From Bdellovibrionota bacterium (GTDB lineage: Bacteria > Bdellovibrionota_C > UBA2361 > CAKMMH01): a DNA stretch of 42,872 bases. The position numbers were made by a program, and so were the translations under genes. The notes beneath the pieces are model-generated. The model saw nothing but the letters and a program-made list of their open reading frames with translations. It was not told the DNA's origin and made no database searches. Numbering within the stretch: the stretch's first letter is position 1; each line of letters opens with the position of its first letter. The DNA is taken from contig JBMNLI010000006.1 in the NCBI GenBank assembly GCA_050952645.1, positions 1 through 42,872 on the forward strand. Reading direction: 5' to 3'. Shown piece after piece: positions 19,666-28,993 of this stretch.

Positions 19666-19982
19666 AAAATAATATATAAATGATACGTATTTTTTTATTT
19701 ATAAATTAGAAATTTTAAACCATACACCAAGCGATATTTTAAAATGAAAAATAAAAAAAAACTAAAGTAAAAAATATACAAATTAAAATATATAAGAATT
19801 TTAATTTTTCACAAACATCTATACTATTTTCACAAAATAAAGCTTATAAGTCAATTAGTTTTCTTTTAGAATAAATCCTTAATTTTAGTTTTAAAAAATT
19901 TAAATGGAATTCTAATTCTCCCTTAATTTTTTGTTAATTCTCTTTGCTGATTCTCCTTTGCTGATTCTCCTTAAATCGATAC

Positions 19983-20012
19983 TTGATAATAAGTTTTAAA
20001 TAATGGTATTCT
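19983..20012 (+). promoter_or_regulatory. Candidate sigma70 promoter for proS
   Basis: TTGATA - 18 nt - TATTCT with extended -10 TG. Confidence 0.4.
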
Positions 20013-20052
20013 TTCTTCTTAGGTATCGTAATTTTTTTTAAAGGCAATAATT

Positions 20053-21780
20053 ATGAAAGTTAAAATGTTAGCAGGAGAGCGATTTAAAGAAAAACCTCAA
20101 GATTGTGTAGTCGAAAGTCATGCGTTGATGATAAGAGGTGGGTATATAAAACAAGTAGGAAATGGTATTTTTTCACTATTTACACCAGCAAAGAGGATCG
20201 TCCAAAAAATTGAGAATATAATAAGGGAAGAAATGGACGCCATAGATGGACAAGAGGTAAGTTTCCCAGTAGTATTTCCTGCATCACTGTTAGAAGAGTC
20301 TAGAAGATATGATGCCATCGGGTTAGAGCTTCTTCGTTTTAAAGATAGAAATAATAGCCCATGCGTTCTAGGAATGACGCATGAAGAACCAGCAGTGCAT
20401 TTAGCAAGAGATTTCGCAAAAAGCTATACTCGCTATCCATTTATGGTTTATCAAATAAATACTAAATTTCGTGATGAAGCTAGACCTAGAGCAGGGCTAA
20501 TAAGGGTAAGAGAGTTTGCAATGAAAGACGCTTACTCTTTTCATACGTCTCAAAAAGATTTAGAAGAATATTACGATAAATGTTTTGAAGCGTATAATAA
20601 AATTTTTAAAAGAGTAGGTATCCCTGAGGTAATCGCAGTTAAATCAGATTCTGGAATGATGGGTGGAAAAGTAGCTCACGAGTTTATGCTTTTATCGCCT
20701 ATCGGGGAGGATAGCATAGTTATTTGTAGCAAGTGCGATTATAAGGCGAACATGGAAGCTTCTGAAACCATAGTCGATAAAAATGATAACGTGCTACCCA
20801 TAGCGCAGCTTAAAAAAGAGTACACTCCTAATAATAAGACTATTGAAGATGTTGTAAAAACATTAAAAAGAGAGGCTAAAGATATTTGCAAAGCGGTTAT
20901 ATATCAGAAAAATAAAGATGATAAATTAGTAGTAGTATTTATAAGAGGCGACCTAGATGTAAACGAAACTAAGCTTACTAATTTTTTAGGTGAAAATATT
21001 CATCCTGCGACTTTAGTCGATAATAAAGTTTTAAATGCAGGTTTTTGTGGTCCATATAATTTAAATGCAAAAGATATAACTATACTTTTTGATAGGTCTT
21101 TAGAAGGTGTGCAAAATTTAGCGTGTGGTGCTAATGAGATAGATTACCATTACACTGGGCTAAACTTTAAAAGAGATATAAAGGATGCTACGTTTCACGA
21201 TTTTGCAAAATCTTTTCAAGGCTCTATTTGTCCTAAGTGTGGGCAAAAAGCCATAACGGTTTCTCGTGGCATTGAAGTGGGAAATATTTTTCAGCTTGGA
21301 ACGAGATATACTGAAAGCATGGATATGAAATATTTAGATAGTGATGGGAAAGAGCATTTTCCAATTATGGGTTGTTATGGTATAGGAGTTGGAAGACTTA
21401 TGGCTTCAATATGTGAAGTTAAGCACGATGAGCACGGTCCTATTTGGCCAATTTCAATTGCTCCTTGGCAGGTTCAAATCTGTGTTCTTAGGGCAGATGA
21501 TGAAAGTGTAAAGAGTCTAGCAGATGTGTTATACGCCGATTTACAAAAAGATAAAATAGAGGTGCTTTACGACGATAGAGAGGTAAGCACGGGGGTTATG
21601 TTTAGCGATGCAGATTTATTTGGAGTTCCTATAAGGGTAGTAGTAAGCCCAAGGAATATTAAAAATAATGTTGTAGAGATTTCGCTAAGAGATAAAAGCT
21701 TTAAAGAAGAGGTTAAAGTAGGCGACGCTAAAGAGAGAATTAAGGAGTTAATAAGAAAACTTTTAAGTAAGTTTGAATAA
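20053..21780 (+). CDS. proS: Proline--tRNA ligase (bacterial type with editing insertion)
   Basis: LGMTHEE, KFRDEARPRAGLIRVREFAMKDAYSFH, DSGMMGG, GIEVGNIFQLGT, MGCYGIGVGR, anticodon-binding domain. Confidence 0.98.
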   Translation: MKVKMLAGERFKEKPQDCVVESHALMIRGGYIKQVGNGIFSLFTPAKRIVQKIENIIREEMDAIDGQEVSFPVVFPASLLEESRRYDAIGLELLRFKDRNNSPCVLGMTHEEPAVHLARDFAKSYTRYPFMVYQINTKFRDEARPRAGLIRVREFAMKDAYSFHTSQKDLEEYYDKCFEAYNKIFKRVGIPEVIAVKSDSGMMGGKVAHEFMLLSPIGEDSIVICSKCDYKANMEASETIVDKNDNVLPIAQLKKEYTPNNKTIEDVVKTLKREAKDICKAVIYQKNKDDKLVVVFIRGDLDVNETKLTNFLGENIHPATLVDNKVLNAGFCGPYNLNAKDITILFDRSLEGVQNLACGANEIDYHYTGLNFKRDIKDATFHDFAKSFQGSICPKCGQKAITVSRGIEVGNIFQLGTRYTESMDMKYLDSDGKEHFPIMGCYGIGVGRLMASICEVKHDEHGPIWPISIAPWQVQICVLRADDESVKSLADVLYADLQKDKIEVLYDDREVSTGVMFSDADLFGVPIRVVVSPRNIKNNVVEISLRDKSFKEEVKVGDAKERIKELIRKLLSKFE

Positions 21781-21820
21781 AAAACTATAATTTTAAATAT
21801 TTTTTTAAAAGGCTTTTCTT

Positions 21821-22531
21821 ATGGCAATAAAAAAAATAGTATGGTTAGGTCATGCTAGCTTTTTATTTTATTTAAAAGAGAGTGTAGTAGCTCTAGACCC
21901 TTGGTTTGTGGGGAATCCATCATTTCCAAAAGATTTTAAGCTTCCTAAAATTGATTACGTTCTTTTAACTCATGGGCATCAAGATCACTTAGGTGATACG
22001 GGCGTGATTTTAGAAAAAAATAAGGAAGCAAAGGTCGTAGCGCAGTTTGAGCTTTCGCTTATTTTACAAAAACTTTATAAATTGCCTTTATCTAAAGTGA
22101 TAGGAGTAAATGTTGGGGGGAGCGTTAAGATAGATGAAATAGAGATTAAAGCCGTTAATGCCGCTCACTCTAATTCTATTATGGTAAATGATGAAATAGT
22201 AGGCTTAGGAAGTGCTATGGGATTTGTTATAAGTGATAATAAAAATACTTTTTATTTTGCTGGTGATACTGCTCTTTTTATGGATATGAAGATAATAGGA
22301 GATACGTTTGATATAACGCATGCTATGCTTCCTATAGGTGGAACCTTTACGATGAGCTATAAGGAAGTGCCTTACGCCGTGAAACTTTTAAATGCTCGCT
22401 GTGTTATCCCTATGCATTATAATACTTTCGAGGCGATTAAAGTTGATGTAGATGATTTTAAAAAATTGTGTAAAGAAAATGATATTCAAGCACACGTTTT
22501 AGAAGCTGGCAAAGAGTTTGATGTTTTGTAA
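21821..22531 (+). CDS. Metal-dependent hydrolase, MBL fold (UPF0173-like)
   Basis: WLGHASF, DPW, THGHQDH, AGDTALF.DM, LPIGGTFTM, IPMHYNTF. Confidence 0.92.
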   Translation: MAIKKIVWLGHASFLFYLKESVVALDPWFVGNPSFPKDFKLPKIDYVLLTHGHQDHLGDTGVILEKNKEAKVVAQFELSLILQKLYKLPLSKVIGVNVGGSVKIDEIEIKAVNAAHSNSIMVNDEIVGLGSAMGFVISDNKNTFYFAGDTALFMDMKIIGDTFDITHAMLPIGGTFTMSYKEVPYAVKLLNARCVIPMHYNTFEAIKVDVDDFKKLCKENDIQAHVLEAGKEFDVL

Positions 22532-23380
22532 AAGACTGATTTTTGTTAAGGATTAGTAGAGTTTTTTTAAGCTAAATTTTAATCTTGTAAGTTTTAGGTC
22601 TGTGATTATATAATATTTTTACTTAAGTTTTTTTACCACGATATTTTTTTTTTGAGTGCATTGTCTTTATTAGAAAATTTTAATTTAAACCTAAATTTTT
22701 TAAGAGTGTGTAAGTAAAATTAAAAACTAGATTTTTATTATGTTAAAATTCCTTTTAACCTTAAACAACCGATTAAAAAATTTCTTTAAAAATTTCTTTC
22801 AAAATAAAAATTTGATGAAAAATAAATATAAAAAGTCCCATTCGAGTCGTGGTAGCGTTTTAACAGAAACAGGCTATAGTTTGTTTTTATTATTTTGTAC
22901 TTACATGGGTAGTGACGAATGTTTTCGTATTTGTTTTTCATATGGTAGCTTTAAGAGAGTATTGCCTAGACGGTTTAAGAAAGGAAGATGTTCCTAATTG
23001 TGAGTCTGTAAGGGGGAAAACTCGAAGTGAAATAGATGAAGTATGCGAAGTGCCTGAGGTGCAAGCTCTATCTAAAGATTGTCCTACTATATGTAAATTT
23101 TGGATTACGGCTTATAATTTAGCATTATCGAAAAAGGTAGCGACCCCTAAGCAACTAGGCTTTAAATATTTTGAGTTAAGAGGGGAGCCGTGTATAGCTA
23201 AGTATGGTATTTTAATTGGTTCTTCACGTTTTAGGTGGGTTAGAAAAATTGTTTTTGGGGGTTAGCTTAAAAGAAAATTGGCTTTTATAGAAAACTATCT
23301 ATAGTTTAAAGAAAAATTACAACTATATTTAAAGTAATTTATTTTATGCAAATTTCTTTAAAATCAATTTTCTTTTGGGC

Positions 23381-25274
23381 GTGTGCCGGGCACGACATAG
23401 TTCTAGCGGGTGAAAGTCCCGTCACGGGTAGTTGTCACCAAGTGTAGTGATGCCACAAGCTCGAAGCAGTAATGTTAGAGTGAAGGAAGTGGCGGATCAA
23501 AACCAAGGAGCCTACGAACAGAAACCAGATACAAGGCTAAATGGTGGGTGAGGTTGCGCTACAAACCGAAGCCCTAAAGACAAACGTAAAACCAAACGAG
23601 TAAATCTGGAGGTTGTCTGGTGAAAGAACTATGCCTTACCCCGGGAGGTCCAGATAGCGTGCTATGCACGTGCGATATAAAGCTTATATCTGGAAGTCAG
23701 TTGATACCATAGTACTTGAGACACCACTCAAGGAAGGGTTGAACGTTAATATATTGTGAATCACTGTAAGCAAGGCTAGAAGAGTCCGAAATTGAAGATA
23801 TGCCTAACAAACAGGAACGTAACCTGTGGGGGCAGAAGATAGAGGGGGTGTTTTCTAGTAGCTTTACAAACAGAGGGAGGAGCAACAGGTGGAATTGATT
23901 GAACTAATTATATCAGACAAAAATATAGATGAGGCTATAAAGGCTGTTAAGCGAAATAAAGGTGCATCTGGTGTAGATGATATGCCAGTAGATGAGCTTG
24001 AAGACTATTTTGCCGTTCACAGAGAAGAGATAAAATCTCAGATACGTGAAGGGAATTATAAGCCGAGTCCAGTTAAGAGAGTGTATATACCTAAAGCTAA
24101 TGGTAAGATGAGACCTTTAGGAATACCTACAGTAGTAGATAGGGTAATTCAACAAGCGGTAGCGCAAATACTAGCACGCGGATACGAAAAGTATTTTAGT
24201 AATAGTAGCTATGGCTTTAGACCTAGAAGGAATTGCCATCTAGCAGTATATAGAACTCTTGAGTACTTGAAAAGAGGCTATGATTGGGTTATAGACCTAG
24301 ACATAGAGAAATATTTTGATACTGTTAATCACGACAAATTAATTTCGATAATCAGGGAACGCATCAAAGATGCGAAGACACTACGATTGATAAGACAGTT
24401 CTTAAGAGCTGGTATAATGGAAGATGGATTGTTTACTGTAAGTGAGAAAGGAGTTCCGCAAGGAGGTCCATTATCCCCAGTATTATCTAACATATACCTT
24501 GATAAGCTCGACAAGGAACTGGAAGCAAGAGGACTTAAGTTTGTTAGATATGCCGATGACTGTAATATATTTGTTAGAAGTGAAAAGGCTGCTAATAGAG
24601 TAATGAAGTCCGTTGCGAGTTGGTTGGAGCGTAAGCTACGACTTAAAATTAATTCAAGTAAGAGTAAAATCTCTAGGCCGACGGAAAGCACTTTCTTAGG
24701 CTTTACCTACTGGAAGAGTGGGTATAAAACTTGGAAATGTAAACCTGCTGAAGATCGCAAACGAAAACTCTATGATAAAACTAGAGAAATTCTTTGTAGA
24801 CGGAAGGCAATGGCACGAACGTTAGGTTCGACATTTCAACAGCTAAGCTGGTTAATTAAAGGTTGGATAAACTATTATAAGATAGGAACTCTTAAGACTT
24901 TTATAGATAAATATGGTCAATGGCTTAGACACAAAGTGAGGGTTATAATACTTAAACAGTGGAAATTGCCGAGACGAATCTATCTAAATCTTAAGAAATT
25001 GAACCGAATGCTTGGTTGCAATTTTAGAAATGAAGAAATCTATAAGGTTGCTAACAGCAGACTCGGCTGGTATAGACGCAGTTCGTGGTACGTAGTGAAT
25101 TATGCATTAAGCCCTAAAATATTGGGGCGTAAAACAAAGGAACGAATTGGTTTAATCGACCCTTTGACGTATTACCTGAGTATTACTTGATATTATATTA
25201 ATGGAGCGCCGTATACGAGACCCGTACGTACGGTGCGACGGGAGGGAGAGGGTATAGCCCTCGCTCTACCCTAT
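23381..25274 (+). mobile_element. Group II intron, bacterial class C (IIC), 1894 nt
   Basis: 5' end GTGTG (GUGYG); GGGTGAAAGTCCCG in domain I; short ribozyme; domain V GCGCCGTATACGAGACCCGTACGTACGGTGC with CGC triad (25206-25236); domain VI with bulged A at 25268 and AT end. Confidence 0.92.
23889..25190 (+). CDS. ltrA: Group II intron reverse transcriptase/maturase (no endonuclease domain)
   Basis: NKGASGVD, RPLGIPTVVDRVIQQA, SYGFRP, DLDIEKYFD, GVPQGGPLSP, RYADD, FLGF, GWINYY thumb domain; GTG start with GGAGG SD. Confidence 0.97.
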   Translation: MELIELIISDKNIDEAIKAVKRNKGASGVDDMPVDELEDYFAVHREEIKSQIREGNYKPSPVKRVYIPKANGKMRPLGIPTVVDRVIQQAVAQILARGYEKYFSNSSYGFRPRRNCHLAVYRTLEYLKRGYDWVIDLDIEKYFDTVNHDKLISIIRERIKDAKTLRLIRQFLRAGIMEDGLFTVSEKGVPQGGPLSPVLSNIYLDKLDKELEARGLKFVRYADDCNIFVRSEKAANRVMKSVASWLERKLRLKINSSKSKISRPTESTFLGFTYWKSGYKTWKCKPAEDRKRKLYDKTREILCRRKAMARTLGSTFQQLSWLIKGWINYYKIGTLKTFIDKYGQWLRHKVRVIILKQWKLPRRIYLNLKKLNRMLGCNFRNEEIYKVANSRLGWYRRSSWYVVNYALSPKILGRKTKERIGLIDPLTYYLSIT

Positions 25275-25822
25275 TTCGTGGGGCGAGTGATACTAATTTT
25301 AAGGTCTTTAACCCACTTAAAACGTGAAGAGCCTTTTAATTCCTGGTATAAAATTAGATAATGATAGTATAAAGACTACTAAACTCCCTCGAGAGTTTGT
25401 GGAAGAAGGAAGAATATGTAGATTTTGCTCCCATTGATAAAGAAAGTGAGACGATAAAACTTAGGACAATGAAGGGAGGGAAGATTTTTATTAAGTCTGG
25501 TATAATATTAGATATATTTAAGTTGTTAGATGATGAGCCTCTCATAGCAGATTCGTTTCATGTAGGTTTTTTTAGGACTGCGCAAATTTTCGATACATCT
25601 AGTTCACCTAAGGGGAGTTCGTCTAGTAGTAGCAGTTTGTCTAGTTCTTCACCAAGTAGTAGCTCATCTAGCGAGAGTTCCTCGTCTAGTAGTAGTAGCA
25701 GTTCATCTTTAACAGAAAGCGTTTCATCAACTTCCTTATTTTCATCGCAAAGTTTTGAAAGTAATGAAAGCACCAATACATCAGATTATAGCACTAGTAG
25801 TTTTAGTTGATAAAATAAAAAA

Positions 25823-25866
25823 AGATAGAGACGGCAGAGGTGCGTCTCGTGCCTGTGTCTCTATCT
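25823..25866 (-). terminator. Intrinsic terminator between convergent genes
   Basis: AGATAGAGAC / GTCTCTATCT 10-bp perfect outer stem with a GC-rich inner stem; the A-run on its left gives a U-tail on the minus strand. Confidence 0.75.
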
Positions 25867-25875
25867 ATAAAGCGC

Positions 25876-26739
25876 TTATTCTTTTAAGCTAACTAAGGTA
25901 AACATGCCAAAGCAGTTTGTTTGTTCTGTTTGTCCTGTTCGCTTTTTCTTCCAATCATGTAAATATACAATGATTTCTTCTTCTGGATATGAGTTTACTT
26001 TCGTCGGGTCTGAGCAATACGTATTTATATTCCAAAACGTTATTCCACTTTTAAGTTCATATTGTTCGTATGCCACTTTTTTATAAAGTGAGCAAGCGTC
26101 AATGGAATATAATGCTTTTTTCCTAGGACTATTCGCTAATTCCTCGAGTATTGAAGCTCCCCTTGCTAATGGTTTGTCGTTCGTGTTTATCCATACGAAA
26201 ACATTAGCATAGGTTTTTTCTTCGTTAATCCTAAATCGGTTGCCGAACCTTCCAAAAATTCCATCTTCCGAGTCGAGTATGACTGCTAAATCGCTGTCAT
26301 CGCTTTCTATTATTTTAGGCTTAGTTCCATCGTAGGTCCAATAGCCTTCTAATTTAGTAGCGTTGGTGTTAAACCAATAGCCTTGCTCTTCTACGGCCTT
26401 TACAATCTCTGCAAGTTCTGTGCTAATAGGCTCCTCAGTACTAGCTTCCGAAGCGGTTTCCTCGCTTTTAGCAATGTTAGGAGTCGCTTCATCGTTTTGC
26501 TCATCGGTGGTAGCAACTTCATTAGTCTCTTTTTGTTGAAGAGAGTCGCTTTCCTTTTCTTCCGAGTTTGGAATTTGAGGAGGTGTAGTTTCAACTACTC
26601 CATTATCCTCACGAACTGCTGGAGTGGAGGAAATAGTGTCTCCCTTATCGCCGTTGTTGCATCCTGTAGTTAAGATAGTAGAGCCGATAATCCCAAACGA
26701 AAGAATAATCGCATACAATGCATACAATTTTCTGTTCAT
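25876..26739 (-). CDS. Hypothetical lipoprotein (ATG at 26739 preferred over TTG at 26763)
   Basis: MNRK + hydrophobic stretch + LTTGC lipobox, acidic disordered linker, globular C-terminal domain; visibly more GC-rich than the core genes. Confidence 0.75.
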   Translation of the reverse strand: MNRKLYALYAIILSFGIIGSTILTTGCNNGDKGDTISSTPAVREDNGVVETTPPQIPNSEEKESDSLQQKETNEVATTDEQNDEATPNIAKSEETASEASTEEPISTELAEIVKAVEEQGYWFNTNATKLEGYWTYDGTKPKIIESDDSDLAVILDSEDGIFGRFGNRFRINEEKTYANVFVWINTNDKPLARGASILEELANSPRKKALYSIDACSLYKKVAYEQYELKSGITFWNINTYCSDPTKVNSYPEEEIIVYLHDWKKKRTGQTEQTNCFGMFTLVSLKE

Positions 26740-27104
26740 TGTTCTGTACCTGTACCCTTTCAAAAATTGGAGTTTTTTGTGTAAAGCTTTTTAGCTTATT
26801 CTTTAACATAAAGACAATCTATGCAAAGATTTAATACACAAAAATAACCTTTCGTCGTGCTTTTTAAAAAGCATCGAGTCTTATTATTCTCTTAAAATAG
26901 CAATTTTTAGTCAATTATATTTCATGGATAAGTAATAGCTCAATAGAACTACTGACTATAACTAAAATGATATTAGAAAACGCTAAAATTATAAGCAAAG
27001 TCTCGTTTTCATAAAACGATAAATAATGGCTTTTTTTAGTCTTTGAAAAAGAATATACTACTTATAGTTGTGATCTTGTATAAATTAAAAGGGATAAAAT
27101 TTTT

Positions 27105-28958
27105 ATGTTAAAGGCATTTTATAATAACAAGGGTTCAATATTTGGTATAATAATTATTCTTCTTATATCTTTTACGATGTTAGGATTTGGTGTCGATTTT
27201 TTTGGTTTTTCTTCAAATGATGAAAATTATGCTATCAAAATAAATGACCAAACTATTAGTGATTTTGAATATAATTCAACTAAGGAAAGCTACGTAAATA
27301 GTTTAAGAGAACGTTTAGGTGATATGTACACGCAGGTAAGCTCCCTTATAAATATAGATAAACAAGTAAGAGAAGGATTGATAAGCCAATCCTTAGTAGT
27401 ACAGTTTGCAAAAAATTTAGGCTTTACAAGCGGAGATAAAGCGGTTTCGCTAAGAATAATAGAGCTTTTTCCTGAAAATACTAGTTTAAATTATAGCCTA
27501 TTTCTAAAAAGAACGGGACGCTCTCCTAGAGAGTTTGAAGAGGTTTTAAGAAATTCTCTAATAAATGAAAGTTATCAAAATATAGTAAGCGATTTAATAC
27601 CTATTACACGCACCGAAATTATATCAAAAGTAAAAAAAGATAGAGAGCTTTACGATATAAACTACGTAGAGATAGATCCTAAAAATTTTAAAAATGTAAA
27701 AGATGGAACGGATGAAGAGCTTTATGAGTACTATAATCGTGTAGCAACAGACTTTGAAGAAAAAGAAAAAGTATCGTATAGATACGTAGTATTTAAACCC
27801 GAGGATTTTATAAATGTAATAAAACCTGATGAAAATGAGATAGAGTTATATTATTCGGAAAATCAAGTCCAATTTACAGAGCCTGAAAAAATATTGTGCT
27901 TAATGATAGATATTAAAAAAAGTGATGGAAAAGATAAAGCAAATAAAGTTTTAGAAAGATTGAAAAATGGAGAAGATTTTAAAAAACTTATAAAAGAAGT
28001 GTCAGAGAAAAAAGATACTAAAGAAAAATGGTATAAAAGAGGGGAGTTAGATGTAGATGTAGAAAGTGAGATTTTTGAGAAAAATAAAGCTGGGATTTCT
28101 GAAATTATAGAAGGAAAAGATTTTTATACGATAGTAAATGTTTTAGATTATAAACCTCATACGATAAAAGATTTAAATGAGGTTAGAAACGAAATAACAA
28201 AAGAGATTGTAGAAGGTCTAGCACCAGCATTTGCTAAAGATAAAGCTGAAAATTTAAAAGTTTTAATAGATGAAGGAAAGGAAATATCTGAAAAGCTTGC
28301 TTGGAAAAAAGTAGGTCTAGTAGAAGCTGGCAACTCTCCTAAAGAGTTTTCAGGTCTTACAGATAAAGTGCTTCAAAACTCTATGGATAAGGCTAGCGTG
28401 TTTGAGTATGGGGAGAATGTGGTTTTGTGCGAAATACTTGAATATAAAGAAAGTAATATCTTGCCATTTGATTCGTTAGGCGATAAAAAAGAAAGGCTTA
28501 AAGCAATGTATCGAGAAAATAAAGCAAATGATGAAGTGCAAGGTTTTTTAAGTAAGATAATTTTAGATTTAAATGAGCGTGATTTAAGCGTAGTAGCTAA
28601 AGATAATAAATTAAAATTAGAAACATTTAATGATTTTTCTAAAAATGATTCAGATAATGAAGCTTCTAAAGGAAAACGAGATAAGGGAATTTTTGCAAAG
28701 TATGAGATAAAAGAAGCCGTTTTAGCACTTAATAAAAAAGGCGATTATACTAAGCCTAGCGTTAAAAGTGGAGATAAGTTTTATATTTTACAAATATCAA
28801 ATGTAAAAGAAAATTTAGACCCAGTATCGGAAAGTGAAATTCTAGAGCGAACTAATAAAGCTAAAGAAGAACAACGCACAGTAAGTATTCAAAATATTTT
28901 AAATGTGCTAGAAGCTAAGGCCGATATAAAGTATGGACGATATATAAATTTAAATTAA
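27105..28958 (+). CDS. ppiD: PpiD/SurA-family membrane-anchored periplasmic chaperone/PPIase
   Basis: N-terminal TM (IILLISFTMLGFG), AIKINDQTIS SurA-N region, parvulin-like KANKVLERLKNGEDFKKLIKEVS; length typical of PpiD. Confidence 0.8.
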   Translation: MLKAFYNNKGSIFGIIIILLISFTMLGFGVDFFGFSSNDENYAIKINDQTISDFEYNSTKESYVNSLRERLGDMYTQVSSLINIDKQVREGLISQSLVVQFAKNLGFTSGDKAVSLRIIELFPENTSLNYSLFLKRTGRSPREFEEVLRNSLINESYQNIVSDLIPITRTEIISKVKKDRELYDINYVEIDPKNFKNVKDGTDEELYEYYNRVATDFEEKEKVSYRYVVFKPEDFINVIKPDENEIELYYSENQVQFTEPEKILCLMIDIKKSDGKDKANKVLERLKNGEDFKKLIKEVSEKKDTKEKWYKRGELDVDVESEIFEKNKAGISEIIEGKDFYTIVNVLDYKPHTIKDLNEVRNEITKEIVEGLAPAFAKDKAENLKVLIDEGKEISEKLAWKKVGLVEAGNSPKEFSGLTDKVLQNSMDKASVFEYGENVVLCEILEYKESNILPFDSLGDKKERLKAMYRENKANDEVQGFLSKIILDLNERDLSVVAKDNKLKLETFNDFSKNDSDNEASKGKRDKGIFAKYEIKEAVLALNKKGDYTKPSVKSGDKFYILQISNVKENLDPVSESEILERTNKAKEEQRTVSIQNILNVLEAKADIKYGRYINLN

Positions 28959-28993
28959 TTTTTTAAGTTATTATTATAATTTTAAATTTTATT

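Larger units (their letters stand above)
23218..25333. mobile_element. MITE with ISL3-like ends (222 bp without the intron) carrying a group II intron
   Basis: TIRs GGTTCTTCACGTTTTAGGTGGGTTA (23218-23242) and TAACCCACTTAAAACGTGAAGAGCC (25309-25333), 23/25 complementary; exact 8-bp TSD TTTTAATT at 23210-23217 and 25334-25341; no transposase inside. Confidence 0.88.
22815..25810 (+). pseudogene. TadE/pilin-like gene interrupted by the MITE + intron and further frameshifted; Ser-rich C-terminus
   Basis: MKNKYKKSHSSRG|SVLTET (G-1, E+5). After a frameshift near 22871 it reads AIVCFYYFVLTWVVTNVFVFVF (hydrophobic). Removing 23218-25341 joins KYGILI in frame to PGIKLDNDSIKTTKLPREFVEE. A second frameshift near 25410 would link it to ORF 25397-25810. 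Confidence 0.6.

Noticed and set aside
19800..20052. T-box before proS, or DnaA boxes
   Set aside because: No T-box GGTGGnACC motif or antiterminator; only one relaxed DnaA-box match in AT-rich DNA.
22583..22706. Further MITE relic (TCTTGTAAGTTTTAGGT...ACCTAAATTTTTTAAGA)
   Set aside because: Too degenerate and no TSD; cannot be separated from chance by eye.
23261..23380. attC site as the intron target
   Set aside because: The hairpin ends lack the invariant AAC/GTT core triplets in the right positions; no integrase or cassette array.
23889..25190. RT as part of a DGR, retron or CRISPR-associated system
   Set aside because: It is embedded in a full group II ribozyme with a maturase thumb domain; no TR/VR pair, avd, msr-msd or cas genes seen.
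25397..25810. Independent Ser-rich protein
   Set aside because: TTG start without a clear SD; better explained as the 3' end of the interrupted pilin-like gene.
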